A DNA stretch of 63,479 nucleotides, counting the filler, from Eubacteriales bacterium (GTDB taxonomy: Bacteria > Bacillota > Clostridia > Oscillospirales > CAG-382), in NCBI GenBank assembly GCA_045636665.1. It is 10 parts of 10 records of this genome, joined end to end, with 100 filler letters (N's around TTAATTAATTAA, not from the genome) between each part and the next. Parts side by side here need not be neighbours in the genome. Positions count along the whole stretch, not along the records: positions 1 to 24,041 come from JAZTXY010000047.1; 9 more parts are not named here. The stretch is one strand, 5' to 3'. The position numbers were made by a program, and so were the translations under genes. Under the pieces are notes generated by a model. The model was not told where the DNA came from, made no database searches, and saw only the letters and a program-made list of their open reading frames with translations. Positions 10,468 to 20,660 of this stretch are shown here, piece by piece. Positions within the stretch are counted from its first letter, which is position 1, and the number at the start of each line of letters is the position of its first letter.

Positions 10468-10851
10468 TCAGTTTAATCCAAAGCTGATTCCGATTGCCGA
10501 ATCGACCTGCTGCATTGTCTGTTCGTCAAGCTTGCCCATACGCTCTTTTAGACGCTTTTTATCAATAGTTCGTATTTGTTCGAGTAAAATAACCGAGTTT
10601 TTTGCAAGACCGCAATTTTCGCCCTGCGTTTCCTTATTCGCCGAAACCTCGATATGCGTCGGTAACTTGGTTTTTCCGGTACGGCTCGTTATCGCTGCCG
10701 CAATCACTGTCGGGCTGTATCGGTTACCCATATCGTTTTGCACGATGAGCACGGGGCGTATCCCTCCCTGCTCCGAGCCGACAACGGGGCTAAGGTCGGC
10801 ATAATATATGTCCCCTCGGCGTATATTTTCTTCGCCGTTTTGTATTTTCAA
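10468..10851 (-). CDS. mazF: PemK/MazF family endoribonuclease (EndoA-like)
   Basis: [52 protein letters not shown] before TTG. Confidence 0.95.
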   Translation of the reverse strand: MKIQNGEENIRRGDIYYADLSPVVGSEQGGIRPVLIVQNDMGNRYSPTVIAAAITSRTGKTKLPTHIEVSANKETQGENCGLAKNSVILLEQIRTIDKKRLKERMGKLDEQTMQQVDSAIGISFGLN

Positions 10852-10977
10852 CTTAAACACTCCTTCTAACAAAAGTATATGTATTTTCTCTTGTTGGGGA
10901 TAGTGTTGCCAATTAATAAAAAAATTATAAAAACCGTCTGAATCTTTCTTTCGAAAAAATGCAGACGGTTTACATAA

Positions 10978-12042
10978 TTATTTACTTAAAATTGCTTGAC
11001 GGACATATTCCGAAAACTCGTTGGTGTTAATAACGGGAACGTAATCGACGGTTAACGCGAGGTGTCCCTTTAGGTGATTGGAGTCCACTGTAACGCTTCT
11101 TCTCATCCACAAGCCGATACCGCTTTTAAAGGTCAGCCGGGCATATCCGATGCCTGCCGAATCGATTGCGTTTACCATTTCGGCAACCGCGGTCTTCATA
11201 TCCTTTGCGCTTTGGATGCCGCCGACAAAAATATCGTATCTTACGTTGCCGTAAATCGCGCCGCTTTCCGATGCGAGTATTGCTTGGTCGGGAAGCGAAA
11301 CAAAACCGTCAAATTCTACTCTAAAGCTTGCGTCGGGCAGCTTTTCGCGCAGAATTGCTGACATATCCGATACATAAGCCGAGCTTATCTTGCCCTCCAT
11401 AAGGGGATAAAAGCTGTCGTAAAGCACTTCGCCGTTAACCGAAATGGGTGACGGCTCGGTCGGGAATTTACTGCTGTTTGCATCGACGCAATAGGCGTTT
11501 AATTTGTAATCATAATAGATTTCGGTGAATTCAAAGCTGCCCAAGGCGGCATTTTCGTTGTTGGGGTAATTTGCTTCGGTATAGGGCGTTATAAGGTCCT
11601 GCGCAGCTATTGCCGAAAAGGGGTTTCCGACAAAAATAACGCTTAAGGCGATACAAAGCAAACCGCTTGCCGAGGCGATGGGAATGCCGATTTTTTTGGA
11701 AGCTCTTATTTTGTAATACGAATAATGCGAAAGCAAAACAGCAAGTATACATAATGCGGAAAATACAACCGCAACCTCGGTGTTTTTGTTTTCGATAGAG
11801 TTAAGCGTAAACACCATAACCCCGAAAACGACAGCCTTCGTAATCGCGCTTATGTCGATAACCGCCGAAACGAAGCAGAGAATAAGCGAAAGCGGAAACA
11901 TCGCGATTACGCCCATTGACCGACGGAGGAGCAATGCGGCGGCAAAAGCGATTGCCGTAACGATTACAAGCTTTAGGGTGTAAAACCGCGTTTCTTTAAT
12001 TTCGGGTTTGTTTATTTCTTTGTTTTCAAGCTTTTCGTTCAT
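10978..12042 (-). CDS. Hypothetical membrane protein
   Basis: About five N-terminal TM helices, then a soluble domain. Confidence 0.65.
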   Translation of the reverse strand: MNEKLENKEINKPEIKETRFYTLKLVIVTAIAFAAALLLRRSMGVIAMFPLSLILCFVSAVIDISAITKAVVFGVMVFTLNSIENKNTEVAVVFSALCILAVLLSHYSYYKIRASKKIGIPIASASGLLCIALSVIFVGNPFSAIAAQDLITPYTEANYPNNENAALGSFEFTEIYYDYKLNAYCVDANSSKFPTEPSPISVNGEVLYDSFYPLMEGKISSAYVSDMSAILREKLPDASFRVEFDGFVSLPDQAILASESGAIYGNVRYDIFVGGIQSAKDMKTAVAEMVNAIDSAGIGYARLTFKSGIGLWMRRSVTVDSNHLKGHLALTVDYVPVINTNEFSEYVRQAILSK

Positions 12043-12368
12043 TCATAATTCTCCAAATTATAGGGATTTGTAAGCTTTATGAGCAATGCGGTATCATCGT
12101 CGGTTTGCATCTTGTTGTTTCGTTCGGCACCGCATTTAACGCATTTGTGGGTGATGATAAAGCCCTTTTTGGAGTTTACCGTCACCGCGCTCGGGCGCAT
12201 CATCGCGCCGCAATCCGCCGCTCTGTCGCCGGGGTTAACGTCAACGTGCTTCGAATAAAGGCAAAACGGACAATGATTGCGCGAGCTGTAGCCCAAGGGC
12301 GGCACCTCTTTTCCGCAATGTCCGCAAATAAATCCGCTGTCATTTTTAGTAAAAATCTTTTCTTGCAT
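12039..12368 (-). CDS. RNHCP domain protein
   Basis: FICGHCG...SRNHCPFCLYSKHVD.PGDR. Confidence 0.9.
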   Translation of the reverse strand: MQEKIFTKNDSGFICGHCGKEVPPLGYSSRNHCPFCLYSKHVDVNPGDRAADCGAMMRPSAVTVNSKKGFIITHKCVKCGAERNNKMQTDDDTALLIKLTNPYNLENYE

Positions 12369-12477
12369 ACCTAAAACCGTTAAAAACTTGTAAATTTTCA
12401 AAAAAGGGGTTTTATTTTCGAGTTTTATATAGTATAATACAAAATCGAAAGAAAATCAACTGCTATGTGAGGATAAA

Positions 12478-13620
12478 ATGAGTAAAAAAGAAAAAGCTGG
12501 CGAAAACAACGTTTGCGGTCTTTCTGCTCGTAGAGGTGCCGTAGGCGGTCAAGCCATCGTTGAAGGCGTTATGATGCGAAGCAAGCAACACACGGCTATC
12601 GCAGTGCGCAGATTGGATAACAAAAAAATCTCGGTAACCCGAAAGGGAAATAAATCCATTTCCGACAAATGCAAGATACTTAAATGGCCGCTTATCCGCG
12701 GTGTGGTTAATTTTGTTGAATCGATGGTAATGTCCTTTTCCACCATCACAACGGGTACCGATATGCTCGGACTCGATACGACCGAGGAGGAATCGACCTC
12801 GAAATTCGACAAATGGCTTGAAAATCACGGCGGAAAATGGTTGATCGGTCTTATTTCGGCAATCTCGTTGGTTTTGGGCGTTGCTCTTGCCGTTGGACTT
12901 TTTATATTCCTGCCCACCTTTTTGGGCGGCCTTATTTTCGATAATATTCCCAACCTCGACGGCGCGGCGGCAAACGTTTGGCGCAATATCGTCGAAGGCG
13001 TTTTTAAGGTCATAATTTTTATTTTGTATATCTGGCTTACTGCGTTCATTCCCGATATGAAGCGCGTTTATATGTATCACGGCGCCGAACATAAAAGCAT
13101 TTTCTGTTATGAAGCGGGCGATGAGCTTACCGTTGAAAACGTTAAAAAGCATTCGCGCTTCCACCCCCGTTGCGGTACAAGCTTTATGTTCTCGATGATA
13201 ATTCTTTCCATCGCCGTCGGCATAATCTTCCTTTGGGCTGTTGAAACGGTTTGGCTTCGCAGCTTGCTCAAGATTGCGCTTTTGCCCCTTACCGTCGGTA
13301 TCGGCTACGAATTTATCCGTTATGCGGGCAGACACGACAATGCGGTTATCCGCGCGCTTTCGCGTCCCGGACTTTGGATGCAAAACCTCACCACGCGTGA
13401 ACCGAGCGACGATATAATCGAGGTTGGCATAACCTCGCTTAAATGCGCGCTTCCCGATGATTTCCCCGGATTTTACGATGAATGCCTTGCCGCTATGGAA
13501 GAATGGCAAAATGAAAAAAGCGTAGAAGCTTCAACATCCGAAGACGCTGTCGAAAATACAGAAAACACAGAAAATACCGAAGAAAACGGCACTGCCGAGG
13601 AGGAAAAAATTGACGCTTAA
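12478..13620 (+). CDS. DUF1385 family membrane protein
   Basis: GGQAIVEGVMMR, YHGAEHKSI, HPRCGTSF. Confidence 0.92.
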   Translation: MSKKEKAGENNVCGLSARRGAVGGQAIVEGVMMRSKQHTAIAVRRLDNKKISVTRKGNKSISDKCKILKWPLIRGVVNFVESMVMSFSTITTGTDMLGLDTTEEESTSKFDKWLENHGGKWLIGLISAISLVLGVALAVGLFIFLPTFLGGLIFDNIPNLDGAAANVWRNIVEGVFKVIIFILYIWLTAFIPDMKRVYMYHGAEHKSIFCYEAGDELTVENVKKHSRFHPRCGTSFMFSMIILSIAVGIIFLWAVETVWLRSLLKIALLPLTVGIGYEFIRYAGRHDNAVIRALSRPGLWMQNLTTREPSDDIIEVGITSLKCALPDDFPGFYDECLAAMEEWQNEKSVEASTSEDAVENTENTENTEENGTAEEEKIDA

Positions 13621-14458
13621 ACAATACCGCGCAAAGCTGCGCGAAATGCTTCTTGAAATTTCTCCCGATGAAGGCGACGTTATTGCCGATATGCTACTTT
13701 GCGAAGCGTTGAACGTAGAACGCGGTCATCTTCTCGCTCATCTTGACGACGAGGCTTCGCGCTCGATCGACCCGTTTATAAGCGGCGCGGTTTTTGAGCT
13801 TTCGCTCGGAAAGCCGTTGCAATACGTGCTCGGAAAGTGCAATTTCTACGGCTATGAAATCAGCGTCGGCGACGGCGTTTTCATTCCGCGAAGCGATACC
13901 GAAATCGGCGTAAAGGCGGCGCTCGGCGTGCTTAAGGACGGCGACCTTTTTGCCGACATTTGCAGCGGAAGCGGTTGCATCGCAAAAGCAATCGCTGCCG
14001 AAAAGCCTACCGTAAGCGGTTATGCGCTCGAGCTTTCGTTAAAGGCACTGCCCTATACCGAAAAAAATCTCGAGGATCAAAAAAACGTTTCGGTTCGCCG
14101 CTTCGATGCGCTTGACGAGGACGATTATATCGAGCTTGCGTCGATTATCGAACGCCCTCTGGACGTAGTTATTTGCAATCCGCCTTATATTCCGACAGAC
14201 GATATCCAAACGCTTTCTCCGCAGGTCGGCTTTGAGCCCGATACGGCGCTTGACGGCGGTGAAGACGGCTTGCGTTATTACCGCATAGTTACCGCATTGG
14301 TGCCGCACATTCTTAAAAAAGACGGCATACTGATTTATGAAATCGGCATCGATCAATGCGAGGACGTTTCGCGTATTTTGCAGGAAAACGGATATAGCGT
14401 GGCTGTGTTGCGCGATTACTCGAAAATCGACAGAATTTTGCTTGCAAAAAAATGTTGA
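13610..14458 (+). CDS. prmC: Release factor glutamine methyltransferase
   Basis: PLQYVLG, VFIPRSDTE, NPPYI, ALDGGEDGL. Confidence 0.93.
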   Translation: MTLKQYRAKLREMLLEISPDEGDVIADMLLCEALNVERGHLLAHLDDEASRSIDPFISGAVFELSLGKPLQYVLGKCNFYGYEISVGDGVFIPRSDTEIGVKAALGVLKDGDLFADICSGSGCIAKAIAAEKPTVSGYALELSLKALPYTEKNLEDQKNVSVRRFDALDEDDYIELASIIERPLDVVICNPPYIPTDDIQTLSPQVGFEPDTALDGGEDGLRYYRIVTALVPHILKKDGILIYEIGIDQCEDVSRILQENGYSVAVLRDYSKIDRILLAKKC

Positions 14459-14465
14459 ATTTATA

Positions 14466-14494
14466 TTGACAATATTTAAAAAGCGTACTATTAT
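14466..14494 (+). promoter_or_regulatory. sigmaA promoter for the trmH-dprA-topA cluster
   Basis: TTGACA-17 nt-TATTAT. Confidence 0.65.
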
Positions 14495-14534
14495 TATATA
14501 ATATAATAGTATGCTTTCTTTTTTTGGGAAAATT

Positions 14535-15344
14535 ATGGTTAAAAGGATAGAATCGAGAAACAACCCGACAGTAAAGAATATTACCGCATTGCGCGATAAA
14601 CGCGAAAGAGAAAAAACGCGTCTTTTCTATTTCGAGGGCGTACACCTTTTGGAGGAATTCCTTAAGGCGGGAAATACCCCGAAAATGCTTTTCGTGCGTG
14701 AGGATGCTTTCGGCAAATATGCGGAGCTTATAGAAGCCGCAAATTGCGAGGTTTTCGAGGTGACCGATTCGGTTTATGAAAAGCTCACCGAGGAAAAAGC
14801 GCCGCAGGGTATTTTTACGGTTGCCGAATATTTAAAAAGCGTTACCTTTGTCGGGGATGAAATTGAATATGCCGAGCTTTCGCAAAAAGCAATCGGAAAC
14901 GCAATAATGCTTGTTGACCTGCAGGATAACGGCAACGTCGGTACGGTCATACGCACCGCGACCGCGCTTGACTGCAAGGTGTTGCTTTGCGGCAGGTGCG
15001 CAGACGTTTTTTCTCCGAAAACCGTACGCGCAACTATGGGCGCGTTGTTCACGGGCGAAATTTTCGTTTGTCCGAACACGGTCGAAGCTGTTGAGGCGTT
15101 GAAAAATCAAAACCGCCGCGTTATTGCGACCGCCTTGACGGACAAAGCATATACCTTGGGCGAGTTTGAAATTAACGAAAACGATATTTTCGCCATCGGC
15201 AACGAAGGCAAGGGCTTGACCGACGAGGTTATCGGCGCTTGCAGTATGACGGCAATAATCCCCATGTCGGGAAAGACCGAAAGTCTTAATGCCGCAACCG
15301 CCTCCGCAATATGCCTTTGGGAAGCAAAGCGCGGGAGAATGTAA
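14535..15344 (+). CDS. TrmH/SpoU family RNA methyltransferase
   Basis: LQDNGNVGTVIRT, IGNEGKGL, IPMSGKTESLNAA. Confidence 0.92.
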   Translation: MVKRIESRNNPTVKNITALRDKREREKTRLFYFEGVHLLEEFLKAGNTPKMLFVREDAFGKYAELIEAANCEVFEVTDSVYEKLTEEKAPQGIFTVAEYLKSVTFVGDEIEYAELSQKAIGNAIMLVDLQDNGNVGTVIRTATALDCKVLLCGRCADVFSPKTVRATMGALFTGEIFVCPNTVEAVEALKNQNRRVIATALTDKAYTLGEFEINENDIFAIGNEGKGLTDEVIGACSMTAIIPMSGKTESLNAATASAICLWEAKRGRM

Positions 15345-16582
15345 TGAAAAACGAACTGCTTTACATCTGGCTTCAGCAAGCGGTTGGGTTATACAGCCGT
15401 CTTGTAAGCAAAATCTTCACAAAATTCTCGAACATAGAAGATATTTACAACTGCGAAGATTTTTCGTTTTTGGGCGAATCGAAATCGAAATATATCAAAC
15501 GGCTCGAAAACAAGGATAATTCGTCTGCCTTTGAGGTGATGAAGCGCTGTGATTCGATGGGTGTTAAAATCACCGGCTATTACGACGAGCTTTATCCCGA
15601 AAAATTACGCGACATCGAAATGCCGCCCGTTGCGCTTTATTCGATAGGCGATTTCCGCAACTTGAATAAAGCCGCGTGCATTGCAATCGTCGGAACGCGA
15701 AATATGACCGACCGCGGTAAGCAAACCGCCGAAGCGTTTGCCTATAACTTCGCAAAAAGCGGCGCTTACGTCATAAGCGGGCTTGCAAAAGGAATCGATA
15801 CCGCCGCACACCGCGGCGCGATTATGGCAGACGGCTATACAGTTGCCGTGTTGGGCAACCCGATCGGCGATATTTATCCCAAAGAAAATCTAAAAGCGTT
15901 TGAAACCTTGTATAAACGCGGACTCGTTATAAGCGAGCTTTATCCGGGAGCACCGCGCACAAGGGCGGATTTCCCGAACCGCAACCGAATAATCAGCGGT
16001 ATCTCCAACGCCGTTGTAATTGCCGAAGCCGGCGAAACAAGCGGCGCGTTGATAACGGCGCGTCACGCAACGTCGCAGGGGAGAATGATTTTTGCAATAC
16101 CCGGTGCGCTGGGTGCCGAAAACGCGGGCACGAATCAGCTTATCAAATCGGGAATACCTGCCGTAACCGAGCCGATGGACGTTTTGGGCAAGCTTATGAT
16201 CGATCACCCCGACAAGGTGAAAACCTATAAGCCGTCAACAACCGAAAGGCTTGATTCTTACGGAAGCGTGATGACTGTAAAAAAGGAAACGGGTAAACAA
16301 AAGAAGCAGCCCGAAAAAGTCACGGAAATCAAGGAAGCAAAGCAAGAATTTGTTCCCGAACAGATATCCGAAGAACAGTTGCCCGAGCAAAAAATCTTTT
16401 CGGGTGACCTTGCAAAAGCCATTATGGCGGTATTAAAGGGCGCAAAGCCGATCACGGCAGATGAAATTGCCGCAAGAATCGGAAGCAATATTTCGGACGT
16501 AATGACCGAATTGACATTTATGGAAATCGACGGAAGTATAATTTCCTGTCCGGGCGGCAGGTTTATATCCTCAAAATTTTGA
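15344..16582 (+). CDS. dprA: DNA-processing protein A
   Basis: AIVGTR, ISGLAKGIDTAAH, FPNRNRIISG; C-terminal winged helix. Confidence 0.95.
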   Translation: MKNELLYIWLQQAVGLYSRLVSKIFTKFSNIEDIYNCEDFSFLGESKSKYIKRLENKDNSSAFEVMKRCDSMGVKITGYYDELYPEKLRDIEMPPVALYSIGDFRNLNKAACIAIVGTRNMTDRGKQTAEAFAYNFAKSGAYVISGLAKGIDTAAHRGAIMADGYTVAVLGNPIGDIYPKENLKAFETLYKRGLVISELYPGAPRTRADFPNRNRIISGISNAVVIAEAGETSGALITARHATSQGRMIFAIPGALGAENAGTNQLIKSGIPAVTEPMDVLGKLMIDHPDKVKTYKPSTTERLDSYGSVMTVKKETGKQKKQPEKVTEIKEAKQEFVPEQISEEQLPEQKIFSGDLAKAIMAVLKGAKPITADEIAARIGSNISDVMTELTFMEIDGSIISCPGGRFISSKF

Positions 16583-16650
16583 AATAACCGCTTAGGGTTA
16601 ACAATCGCTAAATCAAAAACTAACGCGAAACCTACTCAAGGAGAAATTTG

Positions 16651-18888
16651 ATGAACACACTTGTAATCGTTGAATCGCCTCACAAGGCGAATACAATCAA
16701 GGGCTTTCTCGGCAAGGGCTATAAGGTCAAATCGTCCAAGGGACACGTACGCGACCTCCCCAAAAGTAAGCTCGGTATAGATATTGAGAACGATTTTGAA
16801 CCGCAATATATCAACATTCGCGGCAAAGGCGATCTTATCAACGAGCTTCGTAAGGAAGCAAAGGCGGCTGACCGCGTATTTTTGGCGGCCGACCCCGATC
16901 GCGAAGGCGAGGCAATAAGCTGGCATCTTGCAAACGTGCTTGCGCTCGACCCTGCAAAAACCAAGCGTATCACGTTTAACGAAATTACCAAGAATACCGT
17001 CAAGGAAGCAATAAAGCATCCGCGCGACATCGATATGAATTTGGTCAACAGCCAGCAAACGCGAAGAATCCTTGACCGTCTTGTCGGCTACAAAATCAGT
17101 CCCTTCCTTTGGAAGCATATCAAAAACGGACTTTCCGCAGGACGTGTTCAATCGGTCGCAACGCGAATCGTTGTTGAACGTGAGCAGGAAATTCAAGCGT
17201 TCGTGCCCGATGAATATTGGGTAATCACCGTAATGTTCATCACCAAGGACGGCGAAGCGTTCAAGGCAAAATATTACGGACGCGACGGCAAAAAGCAGGA
17301 GCTTGCTAACGAATCCGACGTTAAAGCGGTTCTTTCCGCAATAAACAGCGGCGATTTTACCGTGGAATCGGTCAAGCGTGCTGTGAAGCAACGCCGTCCC
17401 GCACCTCCGTTTATTACTTCAACACTGCTTCAGGATGCGAACCGCAAGCTTTCGTTCCAATCGCAAAAGACAATGCTTATCGCCCAAGAGCTTTACGAGG
17501 GTGTTAATATCGGTGAAAAGAGCGCGCACGGTCTTATCACCTATATGCGTACCGACTCGATACGTATTTCCGATGAAGCGAGAGAAGCTGCAAAAGAGGT
17601 AATCGTCAACAATTACGGTGCCGAATATTATCCCTCGACACCCAATAAATACAAGCTTAAAAAGAACGCTCAGGACGCGCACGAAGCGATTCGTCCCACC
17701 GACCCCTCGATAACGCCCGAATCTTTGCGCGGCAAGATAACCAACGACCAATATAAGCTTTATAAGCTCATTTGGGACCGCTTTATCGCATCGCAAATGG
17801 CGCCCGAGCTTTTGGATACAGTTACTGCCGATATCGTTTCCGGCGGATGCATCTTCCGTGCAAACGGCCACACCGTTAAATTCCGCGGCTTTGCCGCAGT
17901 TTACGGCGATATAGGCGATGAAAATCCCGATGAAGAAAGCTCGACAACTTTGCCCGAGCTTAACGAGGGAGATAAAATCGTTTCGAAGACCGTCGAGCCC
18001 GAACAAAAATTCACTCAACCTCCGATGCGCTTCACCGAAGGCTCGTTGAGTAAAGCGCTTGAGGATATGGGCATCGGCAGACCGTCGACCTATACCGCAA
18101 CGATTACGACCATAATCTCGCGCGGATATATCCGCCGCGACGGTAAGACATTGATTCCCACCGAATTGGGCGTTATCACCACAGAAACGATGAAAAAGGC
18201 GTTTTCGCATATCGTCGACTATAAGTTCACCGCCGAAATGGAGGAGGACTTGGATAAAATCGAAGAGGGCACAAGCGAATATATCGAGGTGCTTCGTGAA
18301 TTCTACCGCCATTTCAGCTCTCAGCTTGAGGATGCCGAAAAAACTCTCGGCAGTGAGCGTGTCGAGCTTCCCAAGGTCGAAACCGGAATGATCTGCGAAA
18401 AATGCGGCTCGGTTATGATCGAAAGAACCGGCAAATACGGCAAATTCGCCGCTTGTCCCAACTATCCGAAATGTAAAAACACAAAGCGTCTCGGCGCAGA
18501 GGCAGAAAAGGAAGAAGAGGAAGAAAAACAGCAAGCCGAGGTTATCGCGGACGAAAAATGTCCCAACTGCGGCAGTGATATGCTTCTTCGCAAGGGCCCT
18601 CACGGCAATTTCTTTGCCTGCCGTAATTATCCCGAATGTAAAACGGCTGTGCCTTACCGTCGCGACAGCGGTATCGCTTGTCCCGAATGCGGAAAGCGAG
18701 TAATGGTAAAGCAGACCAAGAGCCGCAAGGTATATTACGCTTGCGAGGACTATCCCAAGTGCGGCTTTTCCTCGTGGGATTTCCCCACCGAACGACGCTG
18801 TCCTCAATGCTCTGCTCCCGTTTTGAAGAAAAAGAACCGCGAGTTTTATTACTGCAAAAACAATTGCGGCTGGAGCGAAGGCAAATAA
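16651..18888 (+). CDS. topA: DNA topoisomerase I
   Basis: LVIVESPHKA, DPDREGEAI, SAGRVQS, ITYMRTDS; C-terminal Zn ribbons. Confidence 0.98.
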   Translation: MNTLVIVESPHKANTIKGFLGKGYKVKSSKGHVRDLPKSKLGIDIENDFEPQYINIRGKGDLINELRKEAKAADRVFLAADPDREGEAISWHLANVLALDPAKTKRITFNEITKNTVKEAIKHPRDIDMNLVNSQQTRRILDRLVGYKISPFLWKHIKNGLSAGRVQSVATRIVVEREQEIQAFVPDEYWVITVMFITKDGEAFKAKYYGRDGKKQELANESDVKAVLSAINSGDFTVESVKRAVKQRRPAPPFITSTLLQDANRKLSFQSQKTMLIAQELYEGVNIGEKSAHGLITYMRTDSIRISDEAREAAKEVIVNNYGAEYYPSTPNKYKLKKNAQDAHEAIRPTDPSITPESLRGKITNDQYKLYKLIWDRFIASQMAPELLDTVTADIVSGGCIFRANGHTVKFRGFAAVYGDIGDENPDEESSTTLPELNEGDKIVSKTVEPEQKFTQPPMRFTEGSLSKALEDMGIGRPSTYTATITTIISRGYIRRDGKTLIPTELGVITTETMKKAFSHIVDYKFTAEMEEDLDKIEEGTSEYIEVLREFYRHFSSQLEDAEKTLGSERVELPKVETGMICEKCGSVMIERTGKYGKFAACPNYPKCKNTKRLGAEAEKEEEEEKQQAEVIADEKCPNCGSDMLLRKGPHGNFFACRNYPECKTAVPYRRDSGIACPECGKRVMVKQTKSRKVYYACEDYPKCGFSSWDFPTERRCPQCSAPVLKKKNREFYYCKNNCGWSEGK

Positions 18889-18922
18889 GAAAAAACATCT
18901 TAAAAAATGGAGCTAAGGTAAA

Positions 18923-19948
18923 ATGAAAATAACCGTAGCAGTTGATATAATGGGCGGGGATAACCCCGCAAGCGAGCTCGCCAAGGGTGCGATAGACGCC
19001 GCGAACGAGTTCGCAAACGAAGGCTTGAATATTATTCTTGTCGGCACAAAGGAAGCGATCGATTTGCTCCCTCCTTTGCCCGACAATATGTCGACTCAAA
19101 TTGCCGAAAGCGTCGTTTATATGACCGACGACCCCGGTAAGGTGATGAAGGAAAAAAGCGATTCCTCGCTTGTCATCGCCTGCAAGCTTTGTAAGGACGG
19201 GGTTGCCGATGCGGTCGTAAGCGCAGGTAACACGGGCGCGCTTTTCACCGCGGCATCGTTGATAATCCGCCGTATCAAGGGCGTACGCCGCGCCGCGCTC
19301 GGCTCGGTGCTCCCTCTTGAAACACCCTTCGTGCTTTTGGATTGCGGCGCAAATCTTGATGCAACGCCCGAGGTTTTGGATCTTTATGCACGAATGGGCT
19401 CGATATATGCCGAAAACGTGCTTGGAGTCGAGCGTCCGCGTGTCGGTCTTTTGAACAACGGCACCGAATCGCATAAGGGTACCCAGCTTTACGTCGATGC
19501 GCACGCGCTTTTGTCGAAGGATGAAACAATTAATTTCGTCGGCAACTGCGAAGGCAAGGCGATTCCGTTTGGATGCTGTGACGTTTTGGTGTGCGACGGA
19601 TTTACGGGCAATATCACGCTTAAGCTCATCGAGGGTATGGCGAAGTTTATGTCCAAAACGCTCAAGGACCTTTTCCACGCATCGACGGTGGCAACAATCG
19701 CCGGCGCAATGACCTTGAAGCACACAAAGCGCTTAAAGAAGCGTCTTGACCCGTCGGAATACGGCGGAGCGCCTTTTTTGGGACTCGCAAAGCCTGTCGT
19801 TAAAGCGCACGGCAGCTCGGATGCCTATTCCTTCCGTTCCGCAATAAAGCAGGTTTTGTTATACTGCAAGAACGACACTATCGGAAAAATATCCGCAAAT
19901 ATTGCCAAAAAGACCGAAACCGCTTCGGAGGAAACCCCCAATGAGTGA
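18923..19948 (+). CDS. plsX: Phosphate acyltransferase
   Basis: AVDIMGGDN, SAGNTGA, DGFTGNITLK, KAHGSS. Confidence 0.96.
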   Translation: MKITVAVDIMGGDNPASELAKGAIDAANEFANEGLNIILVGTKEAIDLLPPLPDNMSTQIAESVVYMTDDPGKVMKEKSDSSLVIACKLCKDGVADAVVSAGNTGALFTAASLIIRRIKGVRRAALGSVLPLETPFVLLDCGANLDATPEVLDLYARMGSIYAENVLGVERPRVGLLNNGTESHKGTQLYVDAHALLSKDETINFVGNCEGKAIPFGCCDVLVCDGFTGNITLKLIEGMAKFMSKTLKDLFHASTVATIAGAMTLKHTKRLKKRLDPSEYGGAPFLGLAKPVVKAHGSSDAYSFRSAIKQVLLYCKNDTIGKISANIAKKTETASEETPNE

Positions 19949-20660
19949 AGAAAAGGATTTTTCAGCTCTTGAAAAAGAAATAAATTACGAATTCAAGGAT
20001 AAAACGCTTCTTACCGTCGCGCTGACTCATTCGTCTTATTGCAACGAAAACCGCAAAAGGGGCTTTTCGGTAAGTAACGAGCGAAGCGAATTTTTGGGCG
20101 ATTCGATTCTTTCGATAATCACCGCGGAATTTCTTTATCACCGCTTTCCCGAAGCGGATGAGGGATTCTTAACGCGCACGCGCGCGGCGCTTGTGTGCGA
20201 GGATACTCTGGCGGTGTTCGCAAACAGTCTTTCGCTTGGTGATTATATGCTTTTCGGCAAGGGCGAAGCTCTTGCAAGCGGCGGACGTCACAGAAAAAGC
20301 ACCGTTTCGGATGCATTCGAGGCGCTTATTGCCGCAATATATTTGGACGGCGGTATGGAAAACGCGAAAAAATTCGTGCTTCCGTTCATTATGAAAATGC
20401 TTGAAACCGTAATTAAAATAGGCACCGAGGACTATAAATCGCGCCTGCAAAGAATCGTTCAGCAAACACCCGAGGAGGTTCTTTCCTACTCGCTTGTGCG
20501 CGAGGAGGGCCCTCCCCACGACAGAATTTTCCATTATGAGGTGTTTTTAAACTCCAATCTGCTTGGCAAGGGAAGCGGTCGTTCGAAGCGCGAGGCGGAG
20601 CAAGCCGCCGCGCACGAAGCACTCATACTTCTCGGTGAATTGGATGAAGAACCATCGTAA
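19941..20660 (+). CDS. rnc: Ribonuclease III
   Basis: ALTHSSY, NERSEFLGD, DAFEALIAAIYLD, C-terminal dsRBD. Confidence 0.96.
   Translation: MSEEKDFSALEKEINYEFKDKTLLTVALTHSSYCNENRKRGFSVSNERSEFLGDSILSIITAEFLYHRFPEADEGFLTRTRAALVCEDTLAVFANSLSLGDYMLFGKGEALASGGRHRKSTVSDAFEALIAAIYLDGGMENAKKFVLPFIMKMLETVIKIGTEDYKSRLQRIVQQTPEEVLSYSLVREEGPPHDRIFHYEVFLNSNLLGKGSGRSKREAEQAAAHEALILLGELDEEPS

Noticed and set aside
17419..19723. 462-aa and 393-aa minus-strand ORFs
   Set aside because: Antisense shadows of topA and plsX.
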